Shown here: one piece after another, positions 39,616-53,469 of the stretch
Numbering within the stretch: the first letter of the stretch is position 1
Layout: every line of letters begins with the position of its first letter
Origin: Bugula neritina
Lineage: Eukaryota; Animalia; Bryozoa
DNA length: 64,000 bases
Assembly (NCBI GenBank): GCA_964035545.1
Contig: OZ037765.1
Span: forward strand, 22,443,504-22,507,503
Direction: 5' to 3'
Made by a program: the position numbers and the translations under genes
Notes under the pieces: generated by a model
The model's database searches: none
What the model was told of the DNA's origin: nothing
What the model saw: only the letters and a program-made list of their open reading frames with translations

Positions 39616-40215
39616 TCACTCAGGAATTTTATCCAGAGCTAGACTATGTCTTTTAGAATGATAGTCCACAATGTCTTTGTGTGTCTCATCTGAACAGGTT
39701 ATAATGTCCCCACTACCAACTTCAAACTCTGTGTCATCAAGAGGTATAGAGGAGCCCGGAGAGATCTGAGCTAACCACTGTGAACATTTATAGTATGTGT
39801 CCTCCAGATACTTTTTAGCCTCGTCTATTGATTGCTTAGACAATCGTTCTGATGTTAGGCGGACTTGTTGCGCTTCTACTGGAATTTCCTTTTCGGCAAT
39901 ATAAGGTTCGGACCGAGTTCGTTTTAGTTTAGTCAAAGCCGAGTTGCTTAAACCGTCTCTCGATTTCAAACTTGTTGATTTCTTCTGTTTTGAACGATGG
40001 CTTTTGCTCTTTTGGTCTGAGCTACTCGAAACAACTGAGGTAACGTTGGAGTCTTTTAATGGGAGATTTTTTCCTATAAAATCTTGCCAACAGGGGGCTC
40101 TGGGAGGCTGGACTTTTATTGAGAGATATTGAGTTTGAGATACTATTGAGCTAGTAGAGATATGTACTTTAGAGGTAGGCAAGGCCTTTGTGCTTGCATT
40201 CTTTCCCTTCATCAT
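39616..40215 (-). CDS. Uncharacterised Ser/Lys-rich protein, 199 aa, single coding exon
   Basis: 600-nt ATG-initiated ORF; minus-strand AATAAA near 39440. No recognised domain. Confidence 0.65.
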   Translation of the reverse strand: MMKGKNASTKALPTSKVHISTSSIVSQTQYLSIKVQPPRAPCWQDFIGKNLPLKDSNVTSVVSSSSDQKSKSHRSKQKKSTSLKSRDGLSNSALTKLKRTRSEPYIAEKEIPVEAQQVRLTSERLSKQSIDEAKKYLEDTYYKCSQWLAQISPGSSIPLDDTEFEVGSGDIITCSDETHKDIVDYHSKRHSLALDKIPE

Positions 40216-43200
40216 TACAAGAAATGTTAATCAAGCAAAATAATTCCTTTAGCTAATTCTGACTGTGCACATTCATTAGACAGAGCTGAATTGCAGATTT
40301 CCTCAGTATAGAAAGTCATACATACAGCATCTGTTTCCTTCTGTAATATAAATCGGATGTTCCAACTGCTTGGTGTTACAATTCACCAACAAAAGATTCT
40401 TGGCCGAAGAAGCTCTATTTATTTTTCTACAAGTAGTATAGACAAGTAATTTTAGTAATGAAAGCTAAAATAGTATAATGTGTAAATATAGTTTGTGTGC
40501 TTTGCCAAGTCAGGAAACTTGATATACCAAATCTAAACAAAAAAATGTAGTCCCACCCTGGTTTTACTGTCCAACATGCAACACATGCATCTTATAATAT
40601 CACTGAGCCCATGCTTACATTGCAACATTGACTTCAAGCTATACTAGTAAGGATTATTTGAAGTTCCCTCTATAATTTAAGAAATAACACAGTTATAAAG
40701 GGGTAAACTGATTGCGGCCTGAAAAGGAGGGTTAAGTTTCCACATGTCAAAATACTACAGTTATACTCATTATAATACAATCAATGCATATCTAATTGGT
40801 TGTTGGCTAACTTATCTGCAGCTCCACCACCACAAAATTATAAGCTTATTTACAAAACCCAAAGTTACAGATGTGGTTTGTGACAATCAAACACTCAGAG
40901 AACTTGTTTATCTTGACTTGAATGTTGAATTACTGCTGGTCAGACAAAGATTGATCAACAAATAAGATTTGGAGTAAATTACATTTTGGACATTTTTGTC
41001 TAATTGTTTCTTGCTTGATATTTGCTGCAGTTATATTGATACACTTTAGTTTTGGGTTTATTCAGGCCATGACATGCCTTGCAGTAATATTATACTGTTT
41101 GCAAGAGAAACACAGTGTTGAGTCATGTACAAAATAAGGACAAACCTTCAGTACAAACCTGCACTTTTTGTTCAGCAATTTGAATATATATTTGCAGTTA
41201 GAAAAGCTATTTCTATTTGAAATAAAGTAGATAGACTGCTGATTAACACACTCTACAGAGAACTTAAACCTCAGCTAGTCAAACTCTGTTTTTGTCCCCA
41301 ACACAGCAAAAAACACCAAAGAGTGAAAAAGTTTTACGTCCTTTGGGCAGCTAGTAATATTTCACAGCCACGATATACCATTATTTTTTATGGAATTTCA
41401 AGAACTAGTAGTCTTGTAATGGAAGGCATAGGTGGGTTTAATGCGAGAGTATTTCTGTAAATAGTAAAAATCTTGCTTTACCAAAGTAAAGATTCGGGAC
41501 TTAGACTTTAATTGAGCCTAAAAACAATTTATCTACTCATAAAATTCATTTATATTTGATAGCTTTAGCAAAACTACACATTTAATATTATCAAGTACAA
41601 GTAAAAAGGCATTAAAATAAAAGCATACACTTTAAAGCTTGTTTTTTAAGTTTCTAATTATTATTACTTAAAATAGTTATCTGAAGTTTGGTGTTGATGC
41701 ATATCTTAATATGAGACAACAATGAATAGTTTGTTTAGGAGTAATTAGTCACTAAGAGTTAGGTTACAATTCTTTGACAGACCTGGCCTACAGCAACAAA
41801 CAATAAACATATTGTGGGATATCTGTTGACAACACAGTTGAAACATCACATGGTTGTATTTTACATGATGTTTGTGTGAGCTATAGACTAGAAGTGCACC
41901 ACAAACTACGTAGTTGTTGTTTTCTTACCTCTATTATTTATTACTTCAGGTCAACCAGTTCCATGAAATAAAAACACTTTCAAAAGGCCATAAAACTATC
42001 TCACATTGTAATCAAAATTTGTTTATAAAGCCATATAACTTTTAATGGTTAACTTAGCTAAAATATCAAAACATTTGGTTCGCCTTTTTGCAGGGCACAA
42101 GAAAAGCTTATTATGCCAACATCTTTAGCCACATATTTTATCCACACCACTAAAACCTGGGTGACTTGCCATGAGAAATATATAACAACAATTACTACGT
42201 CTATCTCCAATACATAATGCTGAAAGCAGGCATGAAAGTTGCACTAAAAATATTTGCTACATGTATATATATCAAAAGTTCTAAACCTAATGAATATATA
42301 CATAACTTTAATAGTTATATGTGTAGCACATCTAATTATAGTAACAATGCCTAAGCACTTAATGATTCTGTCTGGTAAAAGTTACACCTACTAAAGAACT
42401 CTTATATAGCAGGTATAAAAACTGTTTAGAGCTACTAATTAACACAGTACCTACTCAGTGCTTTAAATACTTTCTACATTCAGTCATTAGTTATGAGTTA
42501 ATTGAATTCCAGAAAATTTTCCCTGCTATAGCTACACACAGGCAATTAATACATTGCTTATGAATAATGGCTCTATTATTTAAAATAAAACCATAAGCTC
42601 TTTAGGTTGTTGATGCTAAGCCTAGTTTTTGTGCCTCTTAAATTTGTCCTATAGGATTTACATCATTAGGACCACTGGTACTTACAAGTTTACTAGAATG
42701 AAAAAGTAGAACATTTTATCTGGTTATTACATATTGTGTCAGTCAAACAATAGCCACCAACCATAAATAGATAGAATGTATAACTATATGAAATACTGAG
42801 TAGCGAAACAGATGACAGCTGTCAATGTTGTAGCCTATATTGTGCATTACTAGCACTAGAATGGAAGTTGAAGTAAAATGTAAAACTTGAAATCAATGAT
42901 TCTCTTCGACTTTCCATTAAGTTGTGTTTTCATAAAAAATATTTGATACAAAACTGAGCCTTTAATCCTAAAATCTCACTGATTTTACTTTGCAGAAGGT
43001 ATAACTGAAGAATTTAAAATAGTTATATGAAAACTAGTTCTTACCAAACACTCGCCTCTCGGTAGTAATTATCTGATACAATACGCAGGCTACATCTAGT
43101 TAGCACAACAGCTACAGAACAATAGGCATCTAACCATCACTGGCTTAACAATAATTATAAACATACTCTTCACATTTGATTGGCTGTTTGGGAAACTTAG

Positions 43201-46200
43201 AGGAAACCCACTGGCTCGATGCTAACCCAAGTCCAAAGGACAATGCACATTGGAGGTTCATCTTTGGTACTATTCAAATGATCGTGATATAGGAAATGCT
43301 TCATACAAACTATGAAATAGAGCCAAAATCAGTGGTGGTTTCTGAGAGAAAATATAGCAGTAAGAGTTCTTGCTTTAGTGTTCCATTATTTGTATTTGAA
43401 GTTGAGTAAGTTTGCAACCTGTCATAGTACTGCCTTACATATTTGCAATTATATAAATAAATTCCCACAAAAACCTATGAAAGTAGAATTAGAATACTGC
43501 TGTCAATGTGAATACACCTGAATTCAAAAACCTACAGCTAACAAAACAATGGAGGCTCCAGATATATGGCAATCAATTTAACCCACCTTTCTGCCACATC
43601 ACGAACTTACCAGCTGCAAAAATGGCTTAGTCAATATTCATTGTTTCTTGAAATAACTGTACGTGAATATTTTCATTGAGTAAGTAAGGTTTTGGAGTTC
43701 AACTTTTCAAGTAGTTTACCTACAGTCACGACTGCATTAATCACTCATATCCATGACATGTTGTCATCCTGTGCATTGTTTTATTAGATTAACTTTGACA
43801 CTGTCTTATTGTTTTAGTTGCTCCATTACTTTGGCATTGTGATGTACAACTGCATTAGAATAAGTGAATCAGTAAAGCTGCACTGGGTTAAATTCTGCTA
43901 TCTTTTGTTGAACCATCAAGCTAGTGACATGTAAACTAACTAGTAGAATGACTTGGTACTTACCAAGTTGAAAAGTACTGGGTGCTTATATACGATGTAT
44001 ATTCTATGAATAGTGTACAAGTTCTTGTAGTAGCAACATATTTATTATGTTTTACAATGATGGTATGCTTTGTATGTCTATTCAGAGAATAGCTATGAGA
44101 GTAGCTGAATATAGTGCTGTTCATTATTGAAAGACAGTGAGATATTATTATGGTCAATTTATATAATGAACCTATATTCAATGTTTTTTTTTTTTTGCAG
44201 TAAAGTGACTACCTCAATAACATAATATCTATTGCGAGAGCTGGCTGAAAACTTGCTAATGGATCTCAGCTGAGAGGTACATGTAATGGTAGTGACCCTC
44301 TTTAAAATACTATAATTTCTTAAATCTATACATTTTATATAGCTTTGTTGCTCTTATTATAATTATATCTTAATTAAGAAATAATGCTAACACAACAATA
44401 ATGTGAACCAATCAATGATTTTGCTCTTATGAGCAATCTAATCACAACTTGCAATTGTGACCTACACCACAGCTGCAATATTATCACATTAGTGTTGCCC
44501 TTTCGTTGAACCAATATTTCACTAAGATTTCAGTAGTATTGCACTTGTATTGTGATCACATTGTGCTAGAATAATATTTTACAAGGTCTTCCTGCCAAGT
44601 TGTTGTGTATTATTCCAACATAAATTTTGACTTGCCCAACCCATAGTGAACAGTGAATGAAGTGGTGAATAATGTACAGGGTACATCAAAGAAGAAAACA
44701 GGAAGATTCAAACTACTTTGTAGCTTTCAGCAGCTTTTACCATTTTGACTTTACAAAAAAACCTATTTAAGTAACAATACAATTACAGGAAATGTGTATA
44801 CCTGGCATTTGCCTATATCAAATATAAAATGAATTAAAATGCTATAATAACAAATTAATTTTCCAGTATGTGAAATAATAATGAAAATTTCATAACTACC
44901 ATTTCTTGACCCTCTGCCATAGTTTAAAAGTTTCATATGAAAGAAAACATTTTAAAATCCGCACACCGAAAAGATTGCAAAGCAAAGTTTCTACTTTTTA
45001 GCTTAATTAAGCCATCAATTAAATTATAAGCTACAGGAGGCAGAATTTTGAAGTTTGGCAAATTAGCTGGTTCATTGTACTATCTCTAATTATTAGCTAG
45101 TAAAGTCTGTAATACATGCAGACATGTTATATTATATCAACTCACATCGTAATATTTGAGAAATGGAAAGTAAAAAAAGGTTAAACAATGATTTCAAGTT
45201 CAATAAGCAAAATCTACAAAGTGATATACCACTTGTTATCCACATCAATGCTGTATGTGCGAGTATCATGGGCCTCTTGGCTAGGGTGGAAACTCGACTT
45301 TTGCTAAAACTCTTAGGCTACATGACTCATCCTTGGCTAACACAATTCATCTCTCTTCATGACAATCTATTAAAGATAAGCATGGTTCAACTGTAACCTG
45401 ATACTGTCCTAATCTAGTCATGACTCATCATCTTATATTTACTGCCAAAAATAAGAAGTTCGGTGACCACGCTCTCCACTTGTTGGATAGATTTATTGCT
45501 AACCTGAATACAGCTTGTCAACAACTCTATTCCTTATTCCTTACCTGGCTTGAAAATATCTTACAAGTCCAACTTGAGTCAACATATACAATAGAAAATC
45601 TGTCAATTTGCACATAATGCTATTTGAGTTGGAGAACTGTTGGCTTATATTATAGATAAGGATTGCAATTGTGAATTATTTGACACAAAGTAACACAGTA
45701 GAAAAGTATGATCAACTAATAAGCCAAAATAAACTTAGAACCAAGTTTTATTTGTGGCGTATAGAAAGGCAGGCTACTTGTAAATTTGCTTCTATATGGA
45801 ACCGTTTAATGACACTTTTATAATCAATGAATGACAAATATACTTTTGAGCTGCTAATAACCTTGTTAATTGCAAAAAGTGAATAAAAACTGTTTTTCAA
45901 CTGTTAACCATTCATGGTTAGGTGTCTTGATTAGCTGCAGTGCGAATGTCTTAAGGACCTTGTCCATAATGTTCATTTTTCAACTATAAGTGCTATTTTA
46001 CAAAAGGTACTAAATATAACAAGCAAATAAACAAGAAAACATAATAAGTACCTTGAAGTTGCCACTTGAAATTGAGAAAAGCCTGTGTTCTAGATTAGAA
46101 ATGTAGTAAAAACTATACAATATTTTCTTGCAAAATTTTCAACCTATACAGCAAACCAAAACTTTATTAAATAAGTTAGGCTATTAAAATGTGGCGAATG

Positions 46201-47937
46201 AAAATATTACTCAAACAGAAATGAAACTCTCATCTGTATCATTTATGTGAAAAAGTACAGTCAAATAGCAGCAGAATAAAATAAAACATCCATATTTTGA
46301 TTAGTTTTAAATTGAACTTGACCAATTTAATCACATATTTCATAATCTTCAAACTTTTGTATATATATTCATGAGCACTAATTGTTGTGTGTGTGTGAAA
46401 GATATGTTAACAGCCTATATTTGCCAATGTAATGATCGATTTGAGATAGTGCGAGTGTGCAAATGTGCAAGTTATTTCTACACAACCACTTTAGCACAAT
46501 GATCAGCAAAAAAAGTTTTTTTTCATGCAATGGTAGTTTGAATTCAAGTTCTGACAAAGCATCTTGGTAAACAATTGCTTAGACAATTAAAGTTTGCTGA
46601 AAAATTTTCATGTGGTTTGAGTTGACATATCAAGAGAATGGAAAAAAGCAGTAAAAAATGCAATTATTGTTGTCATATAATTGCAAAAACTCGCAGCAGC
46701 TAACATAGTAATGTCAAATACACCATCTCAACTAATACCGCACACAGCCTCAAAGTAGCAACTTTATAAAATTTTGACAGTTTTAGAAAATGATAAGAAT
46801 CTGTGTGGTCAACACCATACAAAATCATATTGAGATATATAAATCAATATAAGAAATACCGGCTTGTCAAAACTGCCAAATAACACATGATTATGTTATA
46901 AAATGACAATATTATAGTTAGCAGCAAATTATGCATGTTGGGGACATCCCACACATGTCCAGGTGCTAACTATATATCCTAATAGATGCAATGTGCCAAC
47001 ATGCAAGTTCAGACTCAACCAGGTTTTTACAAAAAAATGGTTTTTATCAAAGCAACTTGAGGTAAAGTGATGTACAATGTATGGAACTAAGCATTAAATA
47101 TAGCAGAATATTGGCGCTAGAGCAAAGCCAACGAAGTTTAAATTCTCACAAAACTGATTATAATTGAAATTTATTTTACTTTTAATTATGTAATCTAGCA
47201 CATTACTGACGTAGCTTTTAGCATTGTTGGCTACTTTTCTGAGTTACTGGAGTTTTAGTTTTAGTTAATACATTGTATTACAAGCTGCCAGCCAAATAGG
47301 AGACTGAAATCAAGAGAACTTAAAATTGTCATAGACTTGGGAATTTTCGTTGTGGAGGCTTTTATTTATTGATATACAGTTTTAGTCAGACATGCATATG
47401 CATGCTTTAGCTAAACTAAAAATATATAGTAACCAAAAAACTATTAGTTGCACTTAGATTAAAAATTTATTTGCGAATAAATGAAAAAATATTTCATTAT
47501 TTCAGAATACTGAGAACAATTGATGAAGGAAGCAGAGTATAAAAATATAAGTTCTACTTGTTGAAATTCTGGCTTTGTTGATGACATAAACATGCAGTTA
47601 AATAAATTTTTGCAGTGTATGAAAAACACATGTGCAAATGGACAATACGTGTTCCATCTTACATTACAATAGAAGTAATAATTATACAATATTACAAAAA
47701 TAGAAAACATGACAACAAATCAATGCAATGTTTTCCGACCATAAATAGAAAAAACGAGTTGTGTAACCAAGCAGCAACAGCCAACCAAGCTAGGTGGGTG
47801 TAGTGAATTGATTAACACAGTTTTAATCATGTGGCGATTTCCTCTGATGACGGGCCGTGATGAAACCTTCGTATCTATAAATGGCTGATTGAAATTGTAT
47901 TTTGGACGTCAAATAAGCATAGTGCCTATACTTTATG

Positions 47938-50900
47938 CTAGCTTGGATTCAGTTGTAATTCACCTTCAAACATATCCAGGATTCTTTTGATTTCATTTCT
48001 GTGGATAACAAAGGTTAAGGAGAGTTCTTGTAACATGGCTAATCAAATACTTAAACCATTAAGGCATTTATTTAGTTTTCACATTTATATACATAAATCA
48101 TTATTTACAGTGAGGATTTGGAACCCACAAGACCCAATTCAACCATTGTCATTTTCAAAGAAGTTTACATACTATCCTAGAGTTATTGTACTATAACAAT
48201 ATTAAACTGACCAGTTGTTTCCCTATAAAAATCAAGCTAACAGAAAATATACTACTAGCAAAAGATGTAAAGCCATTAGTTTTGCTAAGCATAAACTTTT
48301 CAGCATTTAGTGTTAGCAGTGGCCATGAAGAGGTGTAAAACCACAAGACATCATACAACACAATACAGAAATTTATGCAACATAGGCGTTACAAAACCAT
48401 TAGAAAGATTAAATCAATATATTCATTAGGCAAGCTGGCACATATCACAGTATGCAAATTTCTACTCATCTATTAACTACAACCGTGAATACAACCCAAA
48501 GATGATTAATGTCGACTACACTGACTTTAAAACTACAAACAAGTTTAGGGTTTGCTAGTTAAATAATCAGACCATTAATACTAAATTCAATGATGTGAAA
48601 GCATCTTTGCATTGAAACATGACCCGAAGAGAGAGTGTGATTCCGTCAAATAATAAAATTTAATTTTTTTTATTCAGCATAGAGAAGAAAATTTATCGGA
48701 AAAATAAACTGGAAATTTTTTAAAATAGTCTTAAACATTATTGGCAAGTAAACAATATTATACAGGTAAGATCTAGCACAAAAGTGGAGGACATACTACA
48801 AAATGTTAAATATAAGTGGCTGAACATGTTAACCAGATGACAGATAAAAGATGGACTATAAGAATTCTGAATTGTAGAGGGGGGGGGGGGATAGAAGATG
48901 GGAAGGGGAGACAAACACCAATTCTGAAAGACAATAGCATGAAAAGAAGAGGCTGGAGTTCTATTGCCTGACCATAAAACAGAATGACCGATGTAATTAA
49001 ATAATTGATAAAGTGCATATAATTTGCACAATTACATAACAAGGAATTTCGTAAATTGTGTCTTGCTGTATTAATAAATAAACAACCCATGTGAACAAAA
49101 CTCTCAAAGTTACACATTAATTATGTTTCCAAGCTTCACATTATGCTGCTATTCAATGTCTGGAAACAGTTGAATGGAATGAAACCACAATCATAAGTTC
49201 ATGCAAACTGCAACTACTAATTCATCCATACTAGCAATCCATTCAAATAATATGAAGCAATGGAAACACAGTGTATAAGAGAGAGCACCCCTTCAAAAAA
49301 ACTATCTTTAAAAGAGTCTAATCCTTGTAGAACCAACACTCTACCAGTGAAATATTGTAACCAACAGCAGTAGACCACAGCTACCATCATTGTAATATTA
49401 CTGTGCATTGCATAACAAGAAACTACAGAGTGAATAGCTATAGCAGTTAGCAAGCACTGATAGCACATAACATTTACAAAGGATACATCTCATCTGCCAC
49501 AGGATATACTTCCTTCATCCTTATATTCAGTTCTTCACACTTTGCCATAAATGTATACATCAACTACAAAAGTGACAGAAATTCCAGGAAATGTTGAAAT
49601 TCACATTACGCAGAGAAAACATCATATCCAAGTGTGTTCAAGTGTGGGAGGCCTGCCATAGGTTAAACAAAAAAACATTGATTTTTTATTAGAAGAAGTG
49701 AAACTACAAGTAACTTGAAACGTTAATGCATCTCAACAGAGTATGCAATTCAGGCATAAAACAAAACCTTTAATCTATTAATGGATGATAATTCTTCGAA
49801 TATTTTGACAAATTAAGACTTGCGTGCACCACCATAACTTTGAATTGAATATATTAAATTATTTGCATAACGTATCAAAGAAGAGGAATAAATTCATCAA
49901 AATAGAGCATAAAGAGCATAGAGACTAAAATAATGTAGAATAATTTTACATGAATTATCATTTATATAATTGAAGCAGCTTTTTTCAATATAATGAGAAA
50001 CTGTATTGGCTATTAGCATATGGGAGTGTGCCAATATCAAACAGATGACACTTCATCAACATATTCTTCTGTTTTCATAGTTTTTGATATTCATCTTTCG
50101 TTGATAGCAGAATTATTGTAAACTAAACTTGTTAAAACATACTTTGTTCTGGACAATCAGCAAATAATGTTTACACTGTTTACAGAGTAGAAAAATAGCA
50201 ATTAACCAAATGTAAATGCAATAATCTTCGAATGTATGGGAAATATCAGGAAAGCAAACTAAATCTTACAATTTTATAAAAATAATTTTATTCAAAATTC
50301 TATGACTAAATAAAAAGAGATTGATTTTTGTTTTATAATTTCAATAATCAGACAAATGCAGATTCATTGTGAAAATTAAAAGCTGTAAAAATTCAAAATT
50401 TTAATGAGATGTGCTCAGCAACAAAAAAATTTATTTAATGTGAAACTTCAACTTTTACAATAATTGTATTGTGTATTGTTTGTAGTAGAACTAGTCTGAG
50501 AAATACAAGAGGTGATTTTTTTTACAAACTGAAACTTTGGCAAACTGCCTGTGATGCATTAACGTCACAATTCTTTTTGCTAGAATATTTAGTATAAACA
50601 CCATAACAAATCTAGATGAACATATTAGAACATGTACAAACTAAATTAGAGAAATGGACAAACGTACAGACAGGAGAAGATAACCCTAAGTCAATACCTT
50701 AATGCTTGTATCAACTTCGTCTAATGTCTTTTCCACTGAACCTCGATAAGTCTGCATACACCCAACAGTTATTGCGGACATCTAAACATACGGAATATAT
50801 TTACTAGCATAAAAACTTTAGTAAAATGCTATTGACAATTCTCAAAATGAAAATTATGATGAACGTGCTACTAACTGGACAGCCTATAATACTAAGTGCA

Positions 50901-53016
50901 ACTAAATTAGACATAGTGGCATATAATTTTGTATATAAAAGAACAATTCTGCAAGACATGACTGAGAAAAGCATAAAAATTCCTTATTCACCTCCGGTAT
51001 AATGTAAATTAACATTATTTTTATTCCAATTACCAAAAATAATAAAGATGATACAATTATTGTATTATAGCACTGTTACTATGTGAGGTTTTAGAGATGA
51101 AGCTATGAAAAGCTTTCGGTTAAACAGCTAATTTGTTTCCTGTAAACTGAAAACACTCTTTACTACTTAACAAGATGACAAGTCTTATACTCAGTGAGCA
51201 TATTTGTGACACCATTAGTCATAATCTGTTAACAATCACGAATGTTCAAGTTACACAAACCTTATGCAAATTCTTTTGAAGCTCGGACAGCATGTTATCT
51301 ACACTCAGTGATAATACTTTAGCTTGATTTTCAAGGTCTGAAAGTGCTTTTTGATTGATTGGAGATTGATCTGCGCTGCTGTGACAGGCATCTGAAGTGA
51401 GACTAGAACGGCGGCTACTCCTGCTAGCTGCTATCCAAATATTTTTGCATTAAACTCAAAATACAGTTATATGCCAATCAGATTGTTCTAACACAACTAA
51501 AAATTATACAGTACGACAAACATAAAATGCCACTGGCTTTTTTGCCTGAAATGTCTAAATAGCTGTTGTAGAATCAAAGGTAAATACATAATCAATGCAC
51601 AAGTCATCTTTATAAAAGAAATTAGATGACTTTTAAAGAACAGCCATTTTTATTCCTGTTCTAAAAGTAATGTCATCACAAACTTTAGTAGACAGTTGAA
51701 AATGTGATAATCAAAGCCTAACCAAAACATTAACTACTATTATTCTGCTAATGTAGGTGTCATCTTTTACTTCACAAAGCTAACTGTATAGATTTTCACA
51801 GAGCAACATCATGAGGAAATAAAGAAAGTTATAAAACAAAATGATTTTAGCATGAAACTTAGTAGGCTACATACATAATCCTCGTTTACTTTATAAATAT
51901 ATAATACACAACATGTAAATGCACCAACACAATAATATATGCTGTTCAGAAGAAACACTCTACTAGGAAATACCTGATTGGCTTGGGCTACTAATTCTAA
52001 TCTGTTCGTTAAGATTGTCAGCAACAAAGGAGACGAGTTCACCTTGCTTTATCACCATCCCACGATGTCTTTCATCGTGAATTATTACCCCTTCACTATC
52101 ACTACAGAACACCAAACAACTCTCAAATACACATTAATTTATATTATTTACTGATGATTTATTCATGTACTCATAAATCAATAATCAATTTCATCTTTTG
52201 TAATATGAAAATTTAAGCATAGTTACAAGAAACCAGCAACAAACTCACAATTGCTTAAGGAATATCTCGCTCAATAAAGTGGCACTAACCACTTACAATT
52301 TTTTGCAAAAATCATTATATTATAAAGTGCAGTTCATTGTGGCTGTTACAACAAAACACTTGTACAACTAGTTTCAGCAAATAGCTATTTCATGATGGTG
52401 AGCTCATGTAAAAGAATATAACTAAAAAGGTCAACTATGGCAATTTTAAAAGTTGTATTATAACTATATCACAACACATGATGCTTTTATGTGAAAATGT
52501 ACTTTTATGCTTTTCTAAGCAATTGAATATAATGCTTACTGCAGATTAATAATGGAGTAGTAATAAATGACCTAACACACTGTAAGAACTATAGAACCAC
52601 AACAACTCAGCTACTTATCACATAAACGGTTTCGATTTGTCTCAAAACTCTGTGCCTTGATTTGAACTTGATATGAGAAGCATTTCACAACAAGTTATCA
52701 GTGGATATCAGTACCTAAGGTTGTCATCACTATCTGGTCCACCGGTTTCCCCAGAACTAGATATAACAGAATGAGTATCCGGACCCTCTGTTCCACTAGA
52801 TACTACAGAGTCAGCTCCTTCACTTAGATTCACAGACTTTTTAAAAGTCAACAGGCTTTCAGGATGCTTTAGGTCTGATGATTGTAAGCTGTCATTTGTA
52901 TCTGCATTGCATTTATCAACATTTAAACTTGATTCTAGGGTAAGTAAGTTTTCTTGAGACAAGGAAGCATTAGAGGCACAGTCGTTCAGGTTCTTTGGTG
53001 TATTGGAGTTTGCCAT
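47938..53016 (-). CDS. BORCS6: BLOC-1-related complex subunit 6 (lyspersin), about 273 aa, 6 coding exons
   Basis: Exons 53016-52715, 52101-51974, 51430-51261, 50781-50698, 49563-49487, 47998-47938; phase-consistent. GMVIKQGELVSFVADNLNEQIRIS, PINQKALSDLENQA, SAITVGCMQTYRGSV...VDTSIKLMYTFMAKCEEL...IKRILDMFE match recalled lyspersin conserved blocks. Only exon 1 is in the ORF track. Confidence 0.88.
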
Positions 53017-53469
53017 GTTTTACCTGCCTAAGAACGGAACTATGGCTATAAATGAGCTACAAGGAAAAATAAGACAACTCTGATATAGCAATAAGATGGG
53101 CAACTTTTAAAAGCAAAACTTTGTGTAAAAATGTTTAGAAATTAGGTTTAAAATTCTTATTTTTCACCATAAAACAAACTGCAATTCATTTAAACTTGTT
53201 TACTTACTTATGTATGTAGTAATTGATAAAAAAATTGTGCTAAAGTAGGAAGATTGTGCTACAAGATAAATATTAATACCTATTTAAACAAAGTAATATA
53301 TTTATAAAGCTTAAAACTATTACTGTATTTTTTCAGAACTTTATCATATTCATTTTTATAATTTATATGATACTTATAACATTAACTATAAGTGAATTAT
53401 TAACATAGCTTTAATTCATGCTGAGAAAAGATACTTATATTTTTTTGTACTGTAAAATAATTCTCACTA

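Noticed and set aside
40400-47300. Short ORFs in the long gene-poor interval (40744, 43960, 45163, 45420)
   Set aside because: No recognisable motifs or consistent splice chain; hidden UTR exons or decayed repeats cannot be excluded.
47835-47895. CTGATGA...GAAAC / ATGA-N12-AAA-...-GA stretch resembling a hammerhead, SECIS or C/D snoRNA
   Set aside because: Hammerhead stems I and II do not pair properly. The SECIS helix is poor and lies antisense to the BORCS6 3' UTR with no + strand selenoprotein nearby. The C-to-D box spacing is too short.
52041-52043. Donor AAG|GTGAAC ending BORCS6 exon 2
   Set aside because: Reading through to the donor at 51973 restores the conserved GELVSFVADNL motif in the same phase.
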